A DNA stretch of 62,519 bases, counting the filler, from Fonticula-like sp. SCN 57-25 (Eukaryota), in assembly GCA_001724245.1 (NCBI GenBank). It is 9 parts of 9 records of this genome, joined end to end, with 100 filler letters (N's around TTAATTAATTAA, not from the genome) between each part and the next. Parts side by side here need not be neighbours in the genome. Positions count along the whole stretch, not along the records: positions 22,054 to 28,748 come from MEDX01000425.1; positions 28,849 to 35,536 come from MEDX01000426.1; positions 35,637 to 42,298 come from MEDX01000427.1; 6 more parts are not named here. One strand, 5' to 3'. The notes beneath the pieces are model-generated. The model saw only the letters and a list, made by a program, of their open reading frames with translations, was not told the DNA's origin and did not search any database. This document shows, piece by piece, positions 23,685 to 36,905 of the stretch. The position numbers and the translations under genes were made by a program. Position 1 is the stretch's first letter, and each line of letters opens with the position of its first letter.

Positions 23685-24863
23685 TTACTGAAACATTGGC
23701 TTTTGCGCCTGCTGCATCCTCGGCGGCGTCGGAAAGTTGCTCGACTTTAGCAGCAGCCCCTTGATGGCCTTTGCCTCCTCCCTGATCGCCCACGTTGTCT
23801 GGTATCCCGAGTTCCCTTGGTGGTGCCCTGCCACATTGCTCAGCGCGACGCCCAGCCGCAGGTCCGCCTCGGCCTCGGCCGCCACAGCGTCCGCCAGGCG
23901 CAGCGCGCCGCTCGTGAGTGCCGACAGCTTGCCCGACAGATCGCCGTCGCGCAGAGCGGCCTCGTGCGCCAAAGAGGTGTCGGCGAGCGCGCGCGCGCTG
24001 GCGCAAGTGTCAGAGGCCGCAGACGCCTTGCCGCGCATCGCATCGCTGGCAGCGGCTACGTGAAGGCGCAGATCATGAAGTAGAGGCGCGGCCACGTAGC
24101 GGTACGCGGCGGCAGTGGCTGCTGCAGCCAGTAGGAGCGAGGCAGCTGCAGACCGCCAAGTGGGCGTTGCTGGGGCGGCTTCGGGCGGCACTACTGGTGC
24201 ACCGCTTGGAGCTGGTGGGCTGGACATTACTGCGGCAGTGTTGTGCATGGGTGGGGTTGGCAATGCTGAGGCAACGTTGCTGGCTTTCGGCAAGGCTGCA
24301 GCGCCAGGGCTTGCCAATGTGGCGTTGCTGGGAGCGGGAGGGTCGGCAGCGGTTGCGGCGTCGGCCTGCTCCATCGCCGCGGCAATCTCGTCCTCTGTGA
24401 GCCCCTTCTCCTTGAGAAAAGAGCGCTTGCGCTCCAGGGTGGACTCGCGGACGCGCGGGTTCAGAAGGAACTTGACCGCCGTCGACACAAGATCATCCCG
24501 CAGGGAAGACGCACGAGTGGTTGACGAAGAGGCGGGGGATCCGGGCGCCGATGTAGTAGAAATTGCGGAAGAATCAGATTGCGGTAACAATGACGAAGAA
24601 GGTAAAGGTGTCGTCGTCGTCGATACGGGTGTAGTTGGGGACGGGATGACTGCAGCGGAAGGGGCGGCGGTTGACGCGCCGCCCGACTCGCGCGCCTGAC
24701 GTTGGCGCTCAAGGAGTTCGCGTCGGCGTGCCGCAGCGTCGGTCACAGTGTCTTTCAAAGGAGCATCAAAGGCAGAGGGAGCTTCCGAAGGAGGCGCAGA
24801 CGGAGGCGGAGACGCGCCTGCGTCCGCCGCATCGCCGGCATCTCGCCCACCGTCGTCCACCAT
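23685..24863 (-). CDS. PEX14: Peroxisomal membrane protein Pex14
   Basis: LRDDLVSTAVKFLLNPRV...FLKEKGLTEDEI (Pex14_N), a TM segment and IKGLLL near the C-terminus. Confidence 0.9.
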   Translation of the reverse strand: MVDDGGRDAGDAADAGASPPPSAPPSEAPSAFDAPLKDTVTDAAARRRELLERQRQARESGGASTAAPSAAVIPSPTTPVSTTTTPLPSSSLLPQSDSSAISTTSAPGSPASSSTTRASSLRDDLVSTAVKFLLNPRVRESTLERKRSFLKEKGLTEDEIAAAMEQADAATAADPPAPSNATLASPGAAALPKASNVASALPTPPMHNTAAVMSSPPAPSGAPVVPPEAAPATPTWRSAAASLLLAAAATAAAYRYVAAPLLHDLRLHVAAASDAMRGKASAASDTCASARALADTSLAHEAALRDGDLSGKLSALTSGALRLADAVAAEAEADLRLGVALSNVAGHHQGNSGYQTTWAIREEAKAIKGLLLKSSNFPTPPRMQQAQKPMFQ

Positions 24864-24896
24864 GACGGGTCACGTGAGTAGTCACGTGATACCACG
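24864..24896. promoter_or_regulatory. 33-bp ATG-to-ATG bidirectional interval with two GTCACGTGA E-boxes
   Basis: GTCACGTGA at 24869-24877 and 24881-24889, between the divergent PEX14 and RBM18 starts. Confidence 0.6.
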
Positions 24897-25767
24897 ATGT
24901 CAGCGCCGCAAACGGTGCGCAGTGCGCGGCATCTTGGCGCGCAGCTAACGTGTTTGGTCGCAGCCGCGTCCAAAGTTGTTTGTAGGGAACCTTGACACGC
25001 GTGTGACAGAGTGCGCACCGCTTGTTGGCTGTTTATAGTGTCTGACTATATTGATATTAGGTACAACCTCATCAAGCTGTTCGAGCAGGTTGGCACTCTG
25101 TCGAGCGTCGATCTACTGTGGCATACACAGGGGCCGCACAAGGGCGAGTCGCGTGGCATCGCATTTGTGACATTCTCAAAACTTGCTGTGCGTAGCAGTG
25201 CGGGTTGGCGCTGCCTTTACTGACACTCTGAAGGATGCCGAGCGCGCCGTGGCCAAGCTCAACGGCGTCCCCGTCCTCGGTCGCAAGATGACAGTGTCCT
25301 TTGCCAACGAAACTGTGCGCAATACTCTCTTTTCTTGAATATTTTCTCTCCTTCTTTTCATTCTTTGTTGCAACTTTGGCATATACTTTGCCACTGTGAA
25401 GATCCCTCACCCCCATTTCACCTTGCTGACTGCCGTGGCAGGTCCCGCCGCCCCACGGCCGCCGCCCGCAACGCCTTCCTCCGACCGAAGAGTCTGAGCG
25501 CGCGTCCGCCCTTGGCCGCCTCATTGTCTCGTACGCTTTGGGCTCTCCGCATGCTGCTCTTTGTGCCGCGTGTACTGACTGGATATGCGCAGGTCGCAGG
25601 CCCCAGAGGACCGGTTGCGCGCACTGGAGGCGCGCATCCAGCGACTCGATCAGGCAAAGACGACAGCGGAGGTGGCTCCGCCCGCGCCCCCGCGGCCGAC
25701 CGCGCGGTACGCGCCGTACGAGACGTCGAGACCACGAGACCACCGCGCTCCGACGGGAACGAAGTGA
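24897..25767 (+). CDS. RBM18: RRM protein, RBM18-like (spliced)
   Basis: KLFVGNLDTRVTE|YNLIKLF...GPHKGESRGIAFVTF; C-terminal LRALEARI and RYAPY. Confidence 0.75.
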
Positions 25768-26047
25768 CGCGACCGCGGAGGGCGGCCTCCAAAGTGACAT
25801 TTTTGCCCATTTTTGTACTACTAGCACCTTTTTGCGATAGCGACTCCTTCTATCGGTGTTTTTACAACTGTACTTTATCATGCGAATGAACATTCCCGCG
25901 GGATCTAGTGAATGCCGTGAATCTGTTTTAAAGGGTCTACATTGATGATAGTGATGAAATGAGGAACACGGCAATGCCATAAGGTACACGAATATGAGAA
26001 TAGTACACAGCGTTTGAGGGTTTCCCAGCTGAAAACGGCCGCGCCAT

Positions 26048-26432
26048 CTAGACGCCGGCCTTCTCCTCGAGCTTTTGCGCGCTGACGGCAAAAGGATCGC
26101 CATCCAGCATGGTCTCGTACCGGCTCTTCATCGCACGAAACTTTTTAATGTGGTAGAGCGTCTCCAGCTCCCTGCAAATATACTCGCCAAACTCGACGGC
26201 CTTTTTAACGTCGGCCTCCTCCGTGAGCGCCCGCTTGCCCATGAACGCGCGCTTGCACTTTGGCTGAAAGTACTCGTAGCCCAAAGGGTACTCGCGTCCG
26301 AGGAACAGCAGCTGTACCATAGTGGTAAGCAAAAGGCACATGAAAACGATAATATAGGCAAAGGAGGCAGCAGCGCACGGCCGCTCGACGCACCCTCTTG
26401 TAGATCGCGCGGACCTCTGGCCGTATCGACAT
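26048..26432 (-). CDS. LYRM5: LYR-motif protein LYRM5/ETFRF1
   Basis: VRAIYKR|LLFLGREYPLGYEYF...ELETLYHIKKFRAMKSRY. Confidence 0.85.
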
Positions 26433-26484
26433 CGTCACCTGATCACGTGGCCACAACCAGGGACGCTGGGACCTTGGCGCGGCC

Positions 26485-28748
26485 ATGGTCGGCAAGAATG
26501 ATCATGTGCAGGTGGCGGAGGACGCGCTCGACGCCGCCATCTCGCGCGTCCAGCAGTTGCTCTCGACGAGCCAGTCGCTTGCGCAGCTCGAGTCTGTGCG
26601 CCTTCGCGTCGCGTCCGAGATGGCGACCAAGGACGCGCAGCTCAAGACGGCAGTCCGCAATCACCTGGACAGCGCGACATCGGTGACGGCCCTCGTGGGC
26701 CAGGCGCAGTCGCTGCTGGGCTCGGTTGCCAAGAATTTGAGCTCTGTGACCGCTTTGTCGAACCAGTCGCTTTCGCTCGTGAATGACTATGCGGCGCTCC
26801 GCGATCTGCACAATCTCTATACGCGCCTGGCGAGCGCCCGGACGACAGCGCGGTCCCTGCGCACAGTCGATGAAAAGGTGAATGAGATCCGCGCGCTGAT
26901 CGAGGCTGACACCAAGAACATTATGAACGCGCGCTACATTCTGTACGTATTTATGGTGCTGTGCGATCTCGAGTCGTTCCGCGAGCGCTCCCTTCGCGAC
27001 GCATCCCGGCTGAGCCCCGAGGTTGTCGCCTCTCTCCGCGCGCGCTTTGTCGGCGTGTGGGAAGTGAGCGCGCAGTACGAGTCGCTGCTGATGGCGCTAA
27101 CGGGCAAGCTTCTCCCGCTTGCCCGCCGCAACCCGGCTGTGGTTGTAGCCGTGAGCCGCGTTGTGGACAAGGCCGAGGAGCTCGACGAGCGCACGCTTGA
27201 CGCGGCGGACGACTCGGCCGGCGGCTTTACGCGCAACTACCGCGACAAGGTGATGCATCGCCTGCGCGACGGTATCACGGAGGCATTTGAGGGTCGCCTT
27301 GCGGTGTTTTCAGACGACCTCGAGGGCGCGCTGACGAACATCACGATGCAGGTGGACGAACTGACCTTTGTGCTGGACGATGTCGTACCGCTCTTCCCGC
27401 CGTCATTTGGCATCTTTGAGCTGTTTGTGCGCGAATACCACTCGCACACGCTCGCCGCACTGGACGGCTTTGCCGCGCGTGGGCTCGAGCCCAAGCAGCT
27501 TGTGCAGGTGCTGCACTTTAGCGAGACGTACCGGGTCAATATGGCGGGTCGGCTGGGCGTGCCAGACGCGTGGCTGCAGCCACCGCTGCTGGCGGCCGGC
27601 ACCGCCGACGCGCTCTTTGACGAGTTCCGGCGCGTCGTCAAGGGCCGTCTCGGCGTGTGGACCGCAAATATCATTGTCAGCGAGCGAAACGCGTTCCGCG
27701 ACCGTGCTCAGCTGCCGCCTGTCGACACTGACGGGCGATTCGCGTCCGCCGTGCCGATTGACCTCTTTGGCCTTGCCAACCAGCAGATCGACATTGGCGC
27801 CATGTCGCGCTCGCCGCCGTTGATCCGCGCCATCACCGACCTCGTCGCGAGTGTCTTCCGCGACTACACCAACACGCACGTCGCCATGATTGAGGCTGAG
27901 GAGGCGCGCTATTTTGGCTCGGCCGAGGCTGCAGCAGCGGCGGCGGCGGTCGTCGCGGGTGTTACGGCCGCTGCAGAGGGCGAGCACGACGAGCATGACG
28001 CTCACGAGGCGCCGTCCCGGCGCGCGCCCGTCGCGCCGCACCTCTTTGAGTACCTCATCATGGAGGTGAACTCGCACGAAAAGTCGGCCGGCCTTGTCGA
28101 GCAGCTTGCGGGTTACCTCAAGAGCATCCTGCGCGGGCCAAACTGGTCGCCCGCGATGGACGAGCAGGTCGCGCAGATGGAGAACTTTTTCCGGGCGGCT
28201 TCAAGGCGTGCCGTCTCCAGCATTGTCGCCATCGTCACCGCCGACGTCAGCGGCGCCGCCGCCCTTCTCTTCACGCCAAAGTGGTACGACGGCGACCCAA
28301 TGCGCGACATCATGGCCACGTTTGCAGACTATGCGCAAGACCTCAGCGAGCGCATGGTGGAGTTTTACTTTACAAAGACAATGTACGAGCTGCTCGACTG
28401 GACGCTCATCACGTACATCAACGCGATGCTTGCGAGGTCGGCGACTTTTAAGCCAAGCGCAGCGGCGCGCTTCGAGTCCGACAGCAAGACAATCGCATCG
28501 TTTTTCGAGAAGCACCTCATCGGTTCGCGCGTCGCAAAGAGCGTCAGGATCATTATTGACATTCAGGCGCTCGCGGCCGGCGACGTCGCGGCGCTCGTCA
28601 CGCACTGCTCGCTCATAAAGACGGCGTACCCGGACATCACCCCGCACTTTGTCGAGCGGATCCTGTCCAAGAGGAGCGACCTCACAAAGGAAAAGATGCA
28701 CAGGGTGCTCATGCAGGCGGCGGGAGTTCTCTCGTCAAAGTCGGCACC
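26485..28748 (+). CDS. SEC6: Exocyst subunit Sec6/EXOC3 (3' truncated)
   Basis: DAQLKTAV, VVPLFPPSFGIF, PIDLFGLANQQI, LFTPKWY and ATFADY; long helical ORF. Confidence 0.85.
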
Positions 28749-28983
28749 NNNNNNNNNNNNNNNNNNNNNNNNNNNNNNNNNNNNNNNNNNNNTTAATTAA
28801 TTAANNNNNNNNNNNNNNNNNNNNNNNNNNNNNNNNNNNNNNNNNNNNTGCAAATAAAAGCACACACACAACATGCTGTACAGTCCAGCTAAATGACGCT
28901 GAAACCGCGCATTCCGTGCATCCACTACCTTGAAAGCACAATGTACATAGGTGTTATTTACAATGGTACAAGAGTCGGTTGAA

Positions 28984-29808
28984 TCAGAGGGCTGCGACGA
29001 GCGCCTCGTCAATGATTTTGCGAGTGCGGATGCACGCGTCGAGACACATTTCGGTGGCCTCAATGAGCGTGTTCCAGTCGACCTCGCCGCGCGAGTCGAC
29101 GTATGTTGTCTCATTGATGGACGGCATCATGGAGACGAGGAGCGATCCCTGCACCCGCTTCTGCTCGTTCGCGTCGCAGTCCATAAGAATGCGGTCCTGA
29201 ACGATGCCGGCCGAGCTCGCGACGACAGTGTCGTACAGTGCGATGCCGGCGTGCGCAAGCGCACCAGCAGCGCAAGTGATCGCAGCCGCCTCGACTGCGC
29301 CGCCATCCTCAAGGACCGTCACATAAAGATCCACGCTCAGCTTCGGGTACTCGTCGAGCCGCACAGAGTCGACAAGCGCGCTCTCGATGGTGGCGGCGAG
29401 CGCCTGCTCATCGCTGTCCTTGAAACCGAGCTTTCTCCGCGCCGACGCAAATGGCGCCCACGTTACGCAGCAGTCGAGCATGCCCTGCTCGCTGAAGAAA
29501 CGGGGGCGCTGCGGAGGGCGGGGACCATATACCGCACACATGACCTTGGTCGAGCCCACCTCCATGTAGAAAGACCCGCGCGCGTGCTCGATCACACCGG
29601 CCGATGCGTCTGAGGCACACGGTAAGCCAAGGGTAAAAGTGACCAAAATAAAGCGCGACGCACAGATTGAACGGAGCGTATCAAACCCGCGACCATCGGC
29701 GCGTTTATCTGTGAGTGGCAGAGGAGCCTCTGAGGTAGCAAGCTCGGGCACAAACGTCTCGGCGGGGCCTACCACCCTCCGGCGGTCTGGCAACGCGGGC
29801 GCCGCCAT
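28984..29808 (-). CDS. EXOSC6: Exosome RNase PH-like subunit Mtr3/EXOSC6
   Basis: DRRRVVGP, RADGR, GSFYMEVGSTKVMCAVYGPR and YPKLSVDLYVTVLEDGG; probable in-frame intron about 29609-29662. Confidence 0.8.
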   Translation of the reverse strand: MAAPALPDRRRVVGPAETFVPELATSEAPLPLTDKRADGRGFDTLRSICASRFILVTFTLGLPCASDASAGVIEHARGSFYMEVGSTKVMCAVYGPRPPQRPRFFSEQGMLDCCVTWAPFASARRKLGFKDSDEQALAATIESALVDSVRLDEYPKLSVDLYVTVLEDGGAVEAAAITCAAGALAHAGIALYDTVVASSAGIVQDRILMDCDANEQKRVQGSLLVSMMPSINETTYVDSRGEVDWNTLIEATEMCLDACIRTRKIIDEALVAAL

Positions 29809-29863
29809 GGTCCTGATTGATCTGATCTGATTGTCTGATTGGTTGATGGTCATCAAGTCCGGA

Positions 29864-29879
29864 TTTGATGATCATCAGA
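29864..29879. promoter_or_regulatory. Candidate ribosomal-protein promoter element TTTGATGATCATCAGA
   Basis: The same 16-mer lies upstream of RPL26 (45451-45466); palindromic core; variant copy TTGATGGTCATCAA at 29843-29856. Confidence 0.6.
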
Positions 29880-29966
29880 CTTGGTTGTTCGGTCTGAAGC
29901 AACGCTTGGTGAGCGTCCTCTCTCTCATCCTCCGCGCCGTCGAATCCGTCGGGAGTCATCGCCGCG

Positions 29967-31110
<1,144 letters not shown>

Positions 31111-31948
31111 AAAGTTTCACCTGCGTTGTATATCTGAATGAAGCTACTACTTAAAACCTATTCAATGCTTAGCTCACCTTTCTGTCCACCATAAAAAACG
31201 TATAGTATAGTGGCGCACATTTGCACTTGTCGAATATTTCGAATAATGCGGCCTTGGTGCACGTTGTCATATTGGCCGTGTATCCCACATTTCCGAGGGT
31301 GCATTTTGACAGTGACGTTCTTTGGCCGCGTTCCCGCCAAAATCCACTATCCACTGACGCGGGGTGTAGCCCCGTGGTCTTGTGCGACACAAAGACGTTG
31401 CACCTGATCAACGGAGCAGTGGCAGAGCAGGTTTGGGCTTTAAAAAGACCGCGGACCGGGCTTATAGCTAATTGTGCCGCGGAAAGAGAGGCCCAGTACA
31501 TCCTAATCATATGAAATCAAAAAGAAAAGTAGACCAGAGCAGAGAAAAGATGTTGAAAAACAAAGCGAGGCAAAAGGAACGCTGTCATGTACGGTGGCTG
31601 TGCACTGTCGTGGACTCGTACCATGTGTAAAATAGGGTTGCTAGCTGGGGCAGATCCCTCGCGGCGTAGAGTTGTCTTGGCCGTCCTTGCTCCTTAGCTT
31701 TCCAAAAGAGGAAGGTCCGGGAATACTCTGCCAATCAAATCGAGTCTCTTGAGCGTTGACCAATCACGAAATGATCCCGCTTTTTTTCTTTTGGTTGTTG
31801 GGGCGCTCTTCCGGTTTGCTCCCCTATTTTTGTCGTCGAGTGACGACGCCATCGTGGCCGGCCGCGAACATTGGCAGTCACCGTTGCGTCTCTTTGCTCG
31901 CTCTTCTTCTAGTTTTCATTTCTTTATCTGGTTTCTCGTGGAGCGGCC

Positions 31949-34502
31949 ATGTCGACGACGTTTGCCGTGGACGACCTGGACCACATCCTCGATGACCTGA
32001 CGGACTCGATGGCCGAGCTGGCGGCCGCGTCCACCGGGACAACCGTGCCGGCCACGCCTGATCCCAACGAGTACGTCGCGGCTGCCCTCGCTGCGGCGGA
32101 TGCTGCGGCTGCCACTGCGGCGGCTGAAAAGGAGGAGGATGCAAAGGCGCAGGCCGCTGCTGCATCACCTGCTCCGGCTTCTGATGCTGGTGCGTCAGAG
32201 GCACCGCCCAAGGAGATCGTCGTCGTGGACTATCACGCCATGGCGCGCGAGAGGCAGCAAAAAATTGAAAACAATATTCAGGAGGCGATGGTTCGGATGC
32301 AGCAGGCGAGCGTCAAGCGCTTGACAATTAGCATTTACATCAATGACATGAAGCATTCCAAGATGATCAACATTTCGTCCGAGGAGAGGTCAGAGGCCAA
32401 CGTTTTGGAAACCCTCCAGCGTGCGCACCTTGCGCTCTCCAACGACTGGACCATTTTTGAAGTCTACACTGCATTTGGCATCGGTACGCCTGTGGTTTTG
32501 CCGTGCTTTTTCTGCTAACGCATGAGCAACAGAGCGCCCTGTACGACCGAGCGAGCGGCTCACGGACGTGATGTGGACGTGGGATCGCGACGGCAAGAAT
32601 CACTTTATCATGCGCGAGTTCCCTGCCAAGAGTAGCCTTGAGGCCCCCCGCACGTCTGGCGAGTTTCCGCGCATGTCTGGCATGGCGCACATCGAGACGA
32701 AGCGCGGCAAGTGGCAGAAGCGTTTCCTTGAGCTGCGCCCCTCAAACATCCTTCACTTTAAGGACTCGAAGCTGTCGAATGAGACTGTCCTGTGCAACTG
32801 GAACGACTTTGACGTGTACACGACGGTCGAGGAGCGCAAGAAGGCGCCTACAAAGTACTGCTTTGCGCTCAAGGTTACCACGCGCATCCCGCCGCACGAC
32901 CCCGAGGACGACTTTGACTTTGTAAAGTACATCTGCGTCGACACGCCGACCGAGTACGACCACTGGATCAACCGCATCCGCAAGGCGCGCAGCGACAAGT
33001 TTTACAACGACAACCCGACGTACGTCCCTGACCGCACCCTCAAGGACGCCGTCGAGCGCGCCGCCGACGGCTTGGCGCCTTCCAGCGACGCCACGGTCGA
33101 GCGCACCGCGTCGGTGACGTCAGCGACGTCGAGCGGCGCCGCCACGGTCGAGTCGCCGTCGCCCGCCGTTGAGGCCCTGGCCGCCGCGCCCGTCCCTGTT
33201 GCTGCCGAAACTGCGCCCGAGCCGGTCGAAGAAGTCGCGTCGTCGCCACAGCAGCCGCTGCGCGTCGACACTGCTTCTCCCGTGCCCGCCCCCGAGCCCG
33301 CCGCCCCCGAGATGATTGAGGACAGCGAGCCGTTCCCCGAGCCGCCGATGAGCCGCCACATTTGCAAGGACGCCGAGTCGCCGACCGACGCCATGCGCGT
33401 CTATTCGCACTCGACGCCGCAGTGGACGCCCATCATTTCGAGCAGGCGCTCGACGATGGAGCCCGCCAAGCCCATCACGCCTGTCACGTTCACCGACGTG
33501 GACTCTGCTTGGAAGCCGGAGCCGCTCGCGCCGGTCATCGTGCCGTTCGAGCTGTCGTCCTCTGCATCGCAGCTGGCGGCTGAAGTCGTGGAACCTGTCG
33601 TGGAACCTGTTGTTCAGGCTCTTCCGGAACCTGCTCCTGCTGTTGTGGAAGCAATTCCGGAACCGGTCGTGGAGCCGGTGGTCGAGCCTGTGGTCGAGGC
33701 AATTCCCGTATTCGAAGCAATTCCCGTGGTCGAAGCTGTGCCTGTTGTCGAAACTGCGCCGGTGGTCGAGCCTGTCGTTGAAGCTGTGCCGGTGGTCGAA
33801 GCAGTGCCTGTAGTGGAAGAACCTACGCCAGTTGTCGAGGCCATTCCTGTTGTGGAAGAACCTACGCCAGTCGTCGAAACCGTCCCTGTTGTGGAAGAGG
33901 TCAAGGTGGTTGAGGCTGTTCCTGTTGTGGAAGCCACGCCTGTTGTGGAAGAGGTCAAGGTTGAGGCCACGCCTGTGGTGGAAGAGGTCAAGCCGGTGGT
34001 CGAGGAAGTTGTTGTGCCGACGCCGACTGTATCCAGGCCTGTTTCAATTGAGCTCAAGCCTGCTGAACTCAGGCCTGCTTCAATTGAACTGAAGCCTACC
34101 GAGCTTAGACCCGCCTCGATTGAGCTGAAGCCTGCTGAACTTAGGCCTGCTTCGATTGAGCTCAAGCCTGCTGTGGTTGCTCTCAAGCCTGCCGCCACGT
34201 TCATGCCGATAAAGCCCGCGTCGGTTGAGCGCCCACGTGAAATTGAGCTCAAGCCCGCCAACGTTTTTGCGCGCCCGATGGCAACGATGGCCGTGAATGC
34301 TTCGCCGGCGGCCAAGCCGGTGAATGCGACCAAGCCCGAGATTGTGCAGGCGACGCCCGCCGGGACGTCGGCGTCGGCGACGCTGCAGCCAAAGACGCAT
34401 ATGAAGCCGGGCGTGCCGGTCGGTGCCAGCGAGCGGGACGAGCTGTTTGAGCGCATGAAGCGGATTGCTGCGCGGAACCTTGCGGGCGAGCAGCAGGAAT
34501 AG
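31949..34502 (+). CDS. RA-PH domain adaptor (Grb7/MRL-like) with long P/E/V/K-rich tail
   Basis: RA-like region (WTIFEV..FGI|ERPV..SERLTDVMWTW) followed by PH (KWQKRFLELR, FDVY, APTKYCFALK, WINRIRKA). Confidence 0.75.
33580..34170 (+). repeat. Coding tandem repeats: (P)VVE(A/E/P) units followed by RPASIELKPAEL units
   Basis: Directly visible in the translation of ORF 32568..34502. Confidence 0.85.
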
Positions 34503-34705
34503 ACGATTTTATTTGCATGCGGTGAAGCGCCGCACAACGAAAAAGTTTCTGGAATTTTCTTCTTGACAAGTACACTAGCGCTTTTTCTTCATTCTTTTAC
34601 ATTATTTCGCAATTTGGTATATTGTCTGTATTCGAAACCAGTATTCGTTGCAATAAAATACACTTTTTACCCTACTTTGTGCCTTTGTTGCTCGGCCACG
34701 TCATT

Positions 34706-35427
34706 CTATTCGTCAGTGATCTCGGACGTCTTGGCGCCGGCGAGGACGCCCTTTGTTGACGGGACAGAGTCGCTGCCGTCGCGCTGGATGGCCGCCTTGA
34801 AGGCGACAGCGAGCGCCTTGAAGGCGGACTCGGCGCGGTGGTGATCGTTCTCGCCCTTGAGCACATCGACGTGCAGCGTGATGAGCGCGCAGGTAGCAAG
34901 GCTGTGCAGAAAGTGAGGCAGCATCTCGGTCGAGAGCGCGCCAAGCTTCTCGCGCTTTAGGTTAAGGCTGATGCTCGCGTAGGGGCGGCCGGAAATGTCC
35001 ACGACCGCGCGCGAGAGCGCCTCGTCAAGCGGCGCGTAGGCGTAGCCGAAACGCACGATGCCGCGGCGCTCGCCGAGAGCAGTGTTGAGCGCCTAAACAG
35101 ACGTAAAACATTAGAAAAGGGCCAAGAAATATAGAAAAGTTAAACTAAACAGACAAAAAGACTCTTTTTTTCCATACAAAATGACTCTAAGCGTACCGTT
35201 CCAAGCGCGATGCCAGCGTCCTCGACCGTGTGGTGATCGTCAATGTGGAGATCGCCCTTGCACCGCAGCGTAATGTCCATGCGGCTGTGCTTCGAGAGCT
35301 GCGCAACCATGTGGTCCAGAAAGCCAATGCCCGTGTCGACATCGTGCTTGCCCGTCCCGTCGAGGTCGATCTCGCACGCCACGCTCGTCTCCTTGGTCTC
35401 CCGCTTCACTTCGCCCCGCCGCGCCAT
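34706..35427 (-). CDS. HIS3: Imidazoleglycerol-phosphate dehydratase
   Basis: [35 protein letters not shown] and [14 protein letters not shown]; one intron. Confidence 0.97.
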
Positions 35428-35714
35428 CGTTCCACCTCACGTCCGATCAACCCCAGACTGGGCCAGGCGTTTCCTGGCATCAGGATTTTTGAAGCCAATC
35501 AAAATCAAATGACCAGTCAGCATTTTTTTTTTTAGANNNNNNNNNNNNNNNNNNNNNNNNNNNNNNNNNNNNNNNNNNNNTTAATTAATTAANNNNNNNN
35601 NNNNNNNNNNNNNNNNNNNNNNNNNNNNNNNNNNNNCTTTGGTTTCAAGGAACGAAAAGTTTTTTTTTGGGTTTTTTATTTTATAGAGTCAAGTGACGAC
35701 CTTGTTCAGGCTGT

Positions 35715-36542
35715 TCACTTCTTGGCCTTCTTGGGGGCAGCGGCAGCCGGGGCAGCGGCCGGGGCAGCAGCCTTGGCGGGAGCAGGGGCAGCGGCGGCAG
35801 CCTCAGCCTTCTTCTCCTTCTTGACCTTGGGGGCCTTCTGGGCGGACTTCTCCTCGACGACGGAAGAGATCAGCTCCTCACGCTTGGCCTCAATGCGGGC
35901 GGCGCGGCGCTCGCGGGCGAGCTTGTTCTTGGTGCGGCGGGCCTCAGCCTGCTCGCTGATGACCTTGGCGCGGGCCTTCTCGGCCTTGGCCTTGTGGATG
36001 AACTCAACGAGCACACGCTTGTTACGGAAGGTGTTACCCTTGGCCTTGAGGTAGAGATCGTGGTAAAGGAACTTGTCGATCTTCTTGGCCTCACGGTACT
36101 TGCGGAGGAGGCGACGGAGCACACGCATGCGGCGCATCCACATGACCTTCTCGGGCATGCGGGCGTCAGCAGTACCGCGGCGCTTACCGAAACCGGTGTG
36201 ACGGCCTTTGAGAAAAGAAAATTAGCAAAATGGCGGCAAAGAACAATTAAATCCGTACCCTTGCGCTTGGCATCAAGGCGGGCGCGGGTGCGCGAGCGCG
36301 AGTGGATGACCTCCGGCTTGCGGATAATAAGGCCATCCTTAATGAGCTTGCGGACGTTCTGGCGCGAGTTGGCGTTGGCAATGGTGGTAGCCTCGTTGGG
36401 GTCGAGCCAGATCTTGCGCTTGCCGCACTTGAGCACGCTGGCAGCCAGGCGCTTCTGCACACGAAGGGACACCCTGAAAAGGACAAAAAAGGGCGAATTA
36501 GTAAGAGTTTTTCGGGGATTCCTCGAGGCGAAAAACGCACAT
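35715..36542 (-). CDS. RPL19: 60S ribosomal protein L19 (eL19); start codon split by intron
   Basis: AT|intron 36474-36540|G GTG TCC gives [40 protein letters not shown]. Confidence 0.97.
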
Positions 36543-36905
36543 GGTGTTCTTTCGTGCTCTCTAGATGCCGGAGAGAAAAGAAGAAAAGAGGGCGAAAGAG
36601 CCTTTCAATCCACGTGTAAAAAGGAAAGGATGCGAAAAGAGGATTCGACCAATCAAATCGCTTGGAACTCATCCAATCGAAATCATCCAATCGGTGCAAT
36701 TTGATTTTCAGTTTGCATCTTTGTTCAGATCCCATCAGGATCCCATTGTGGGGTTGGGCGGGGGTGGAGCGGCGCTGCAAAAAGGCACTCTTCAGCATTG
36801 TTGTCGGTTGAGCCACAGAAAGCGTAAAGTGAATCGTGGAACGACCATACATGATTAAAATTTTAATAAAAACATGAAAGAAGCAAAAGCAAAACTATAT
36901 AGTGG

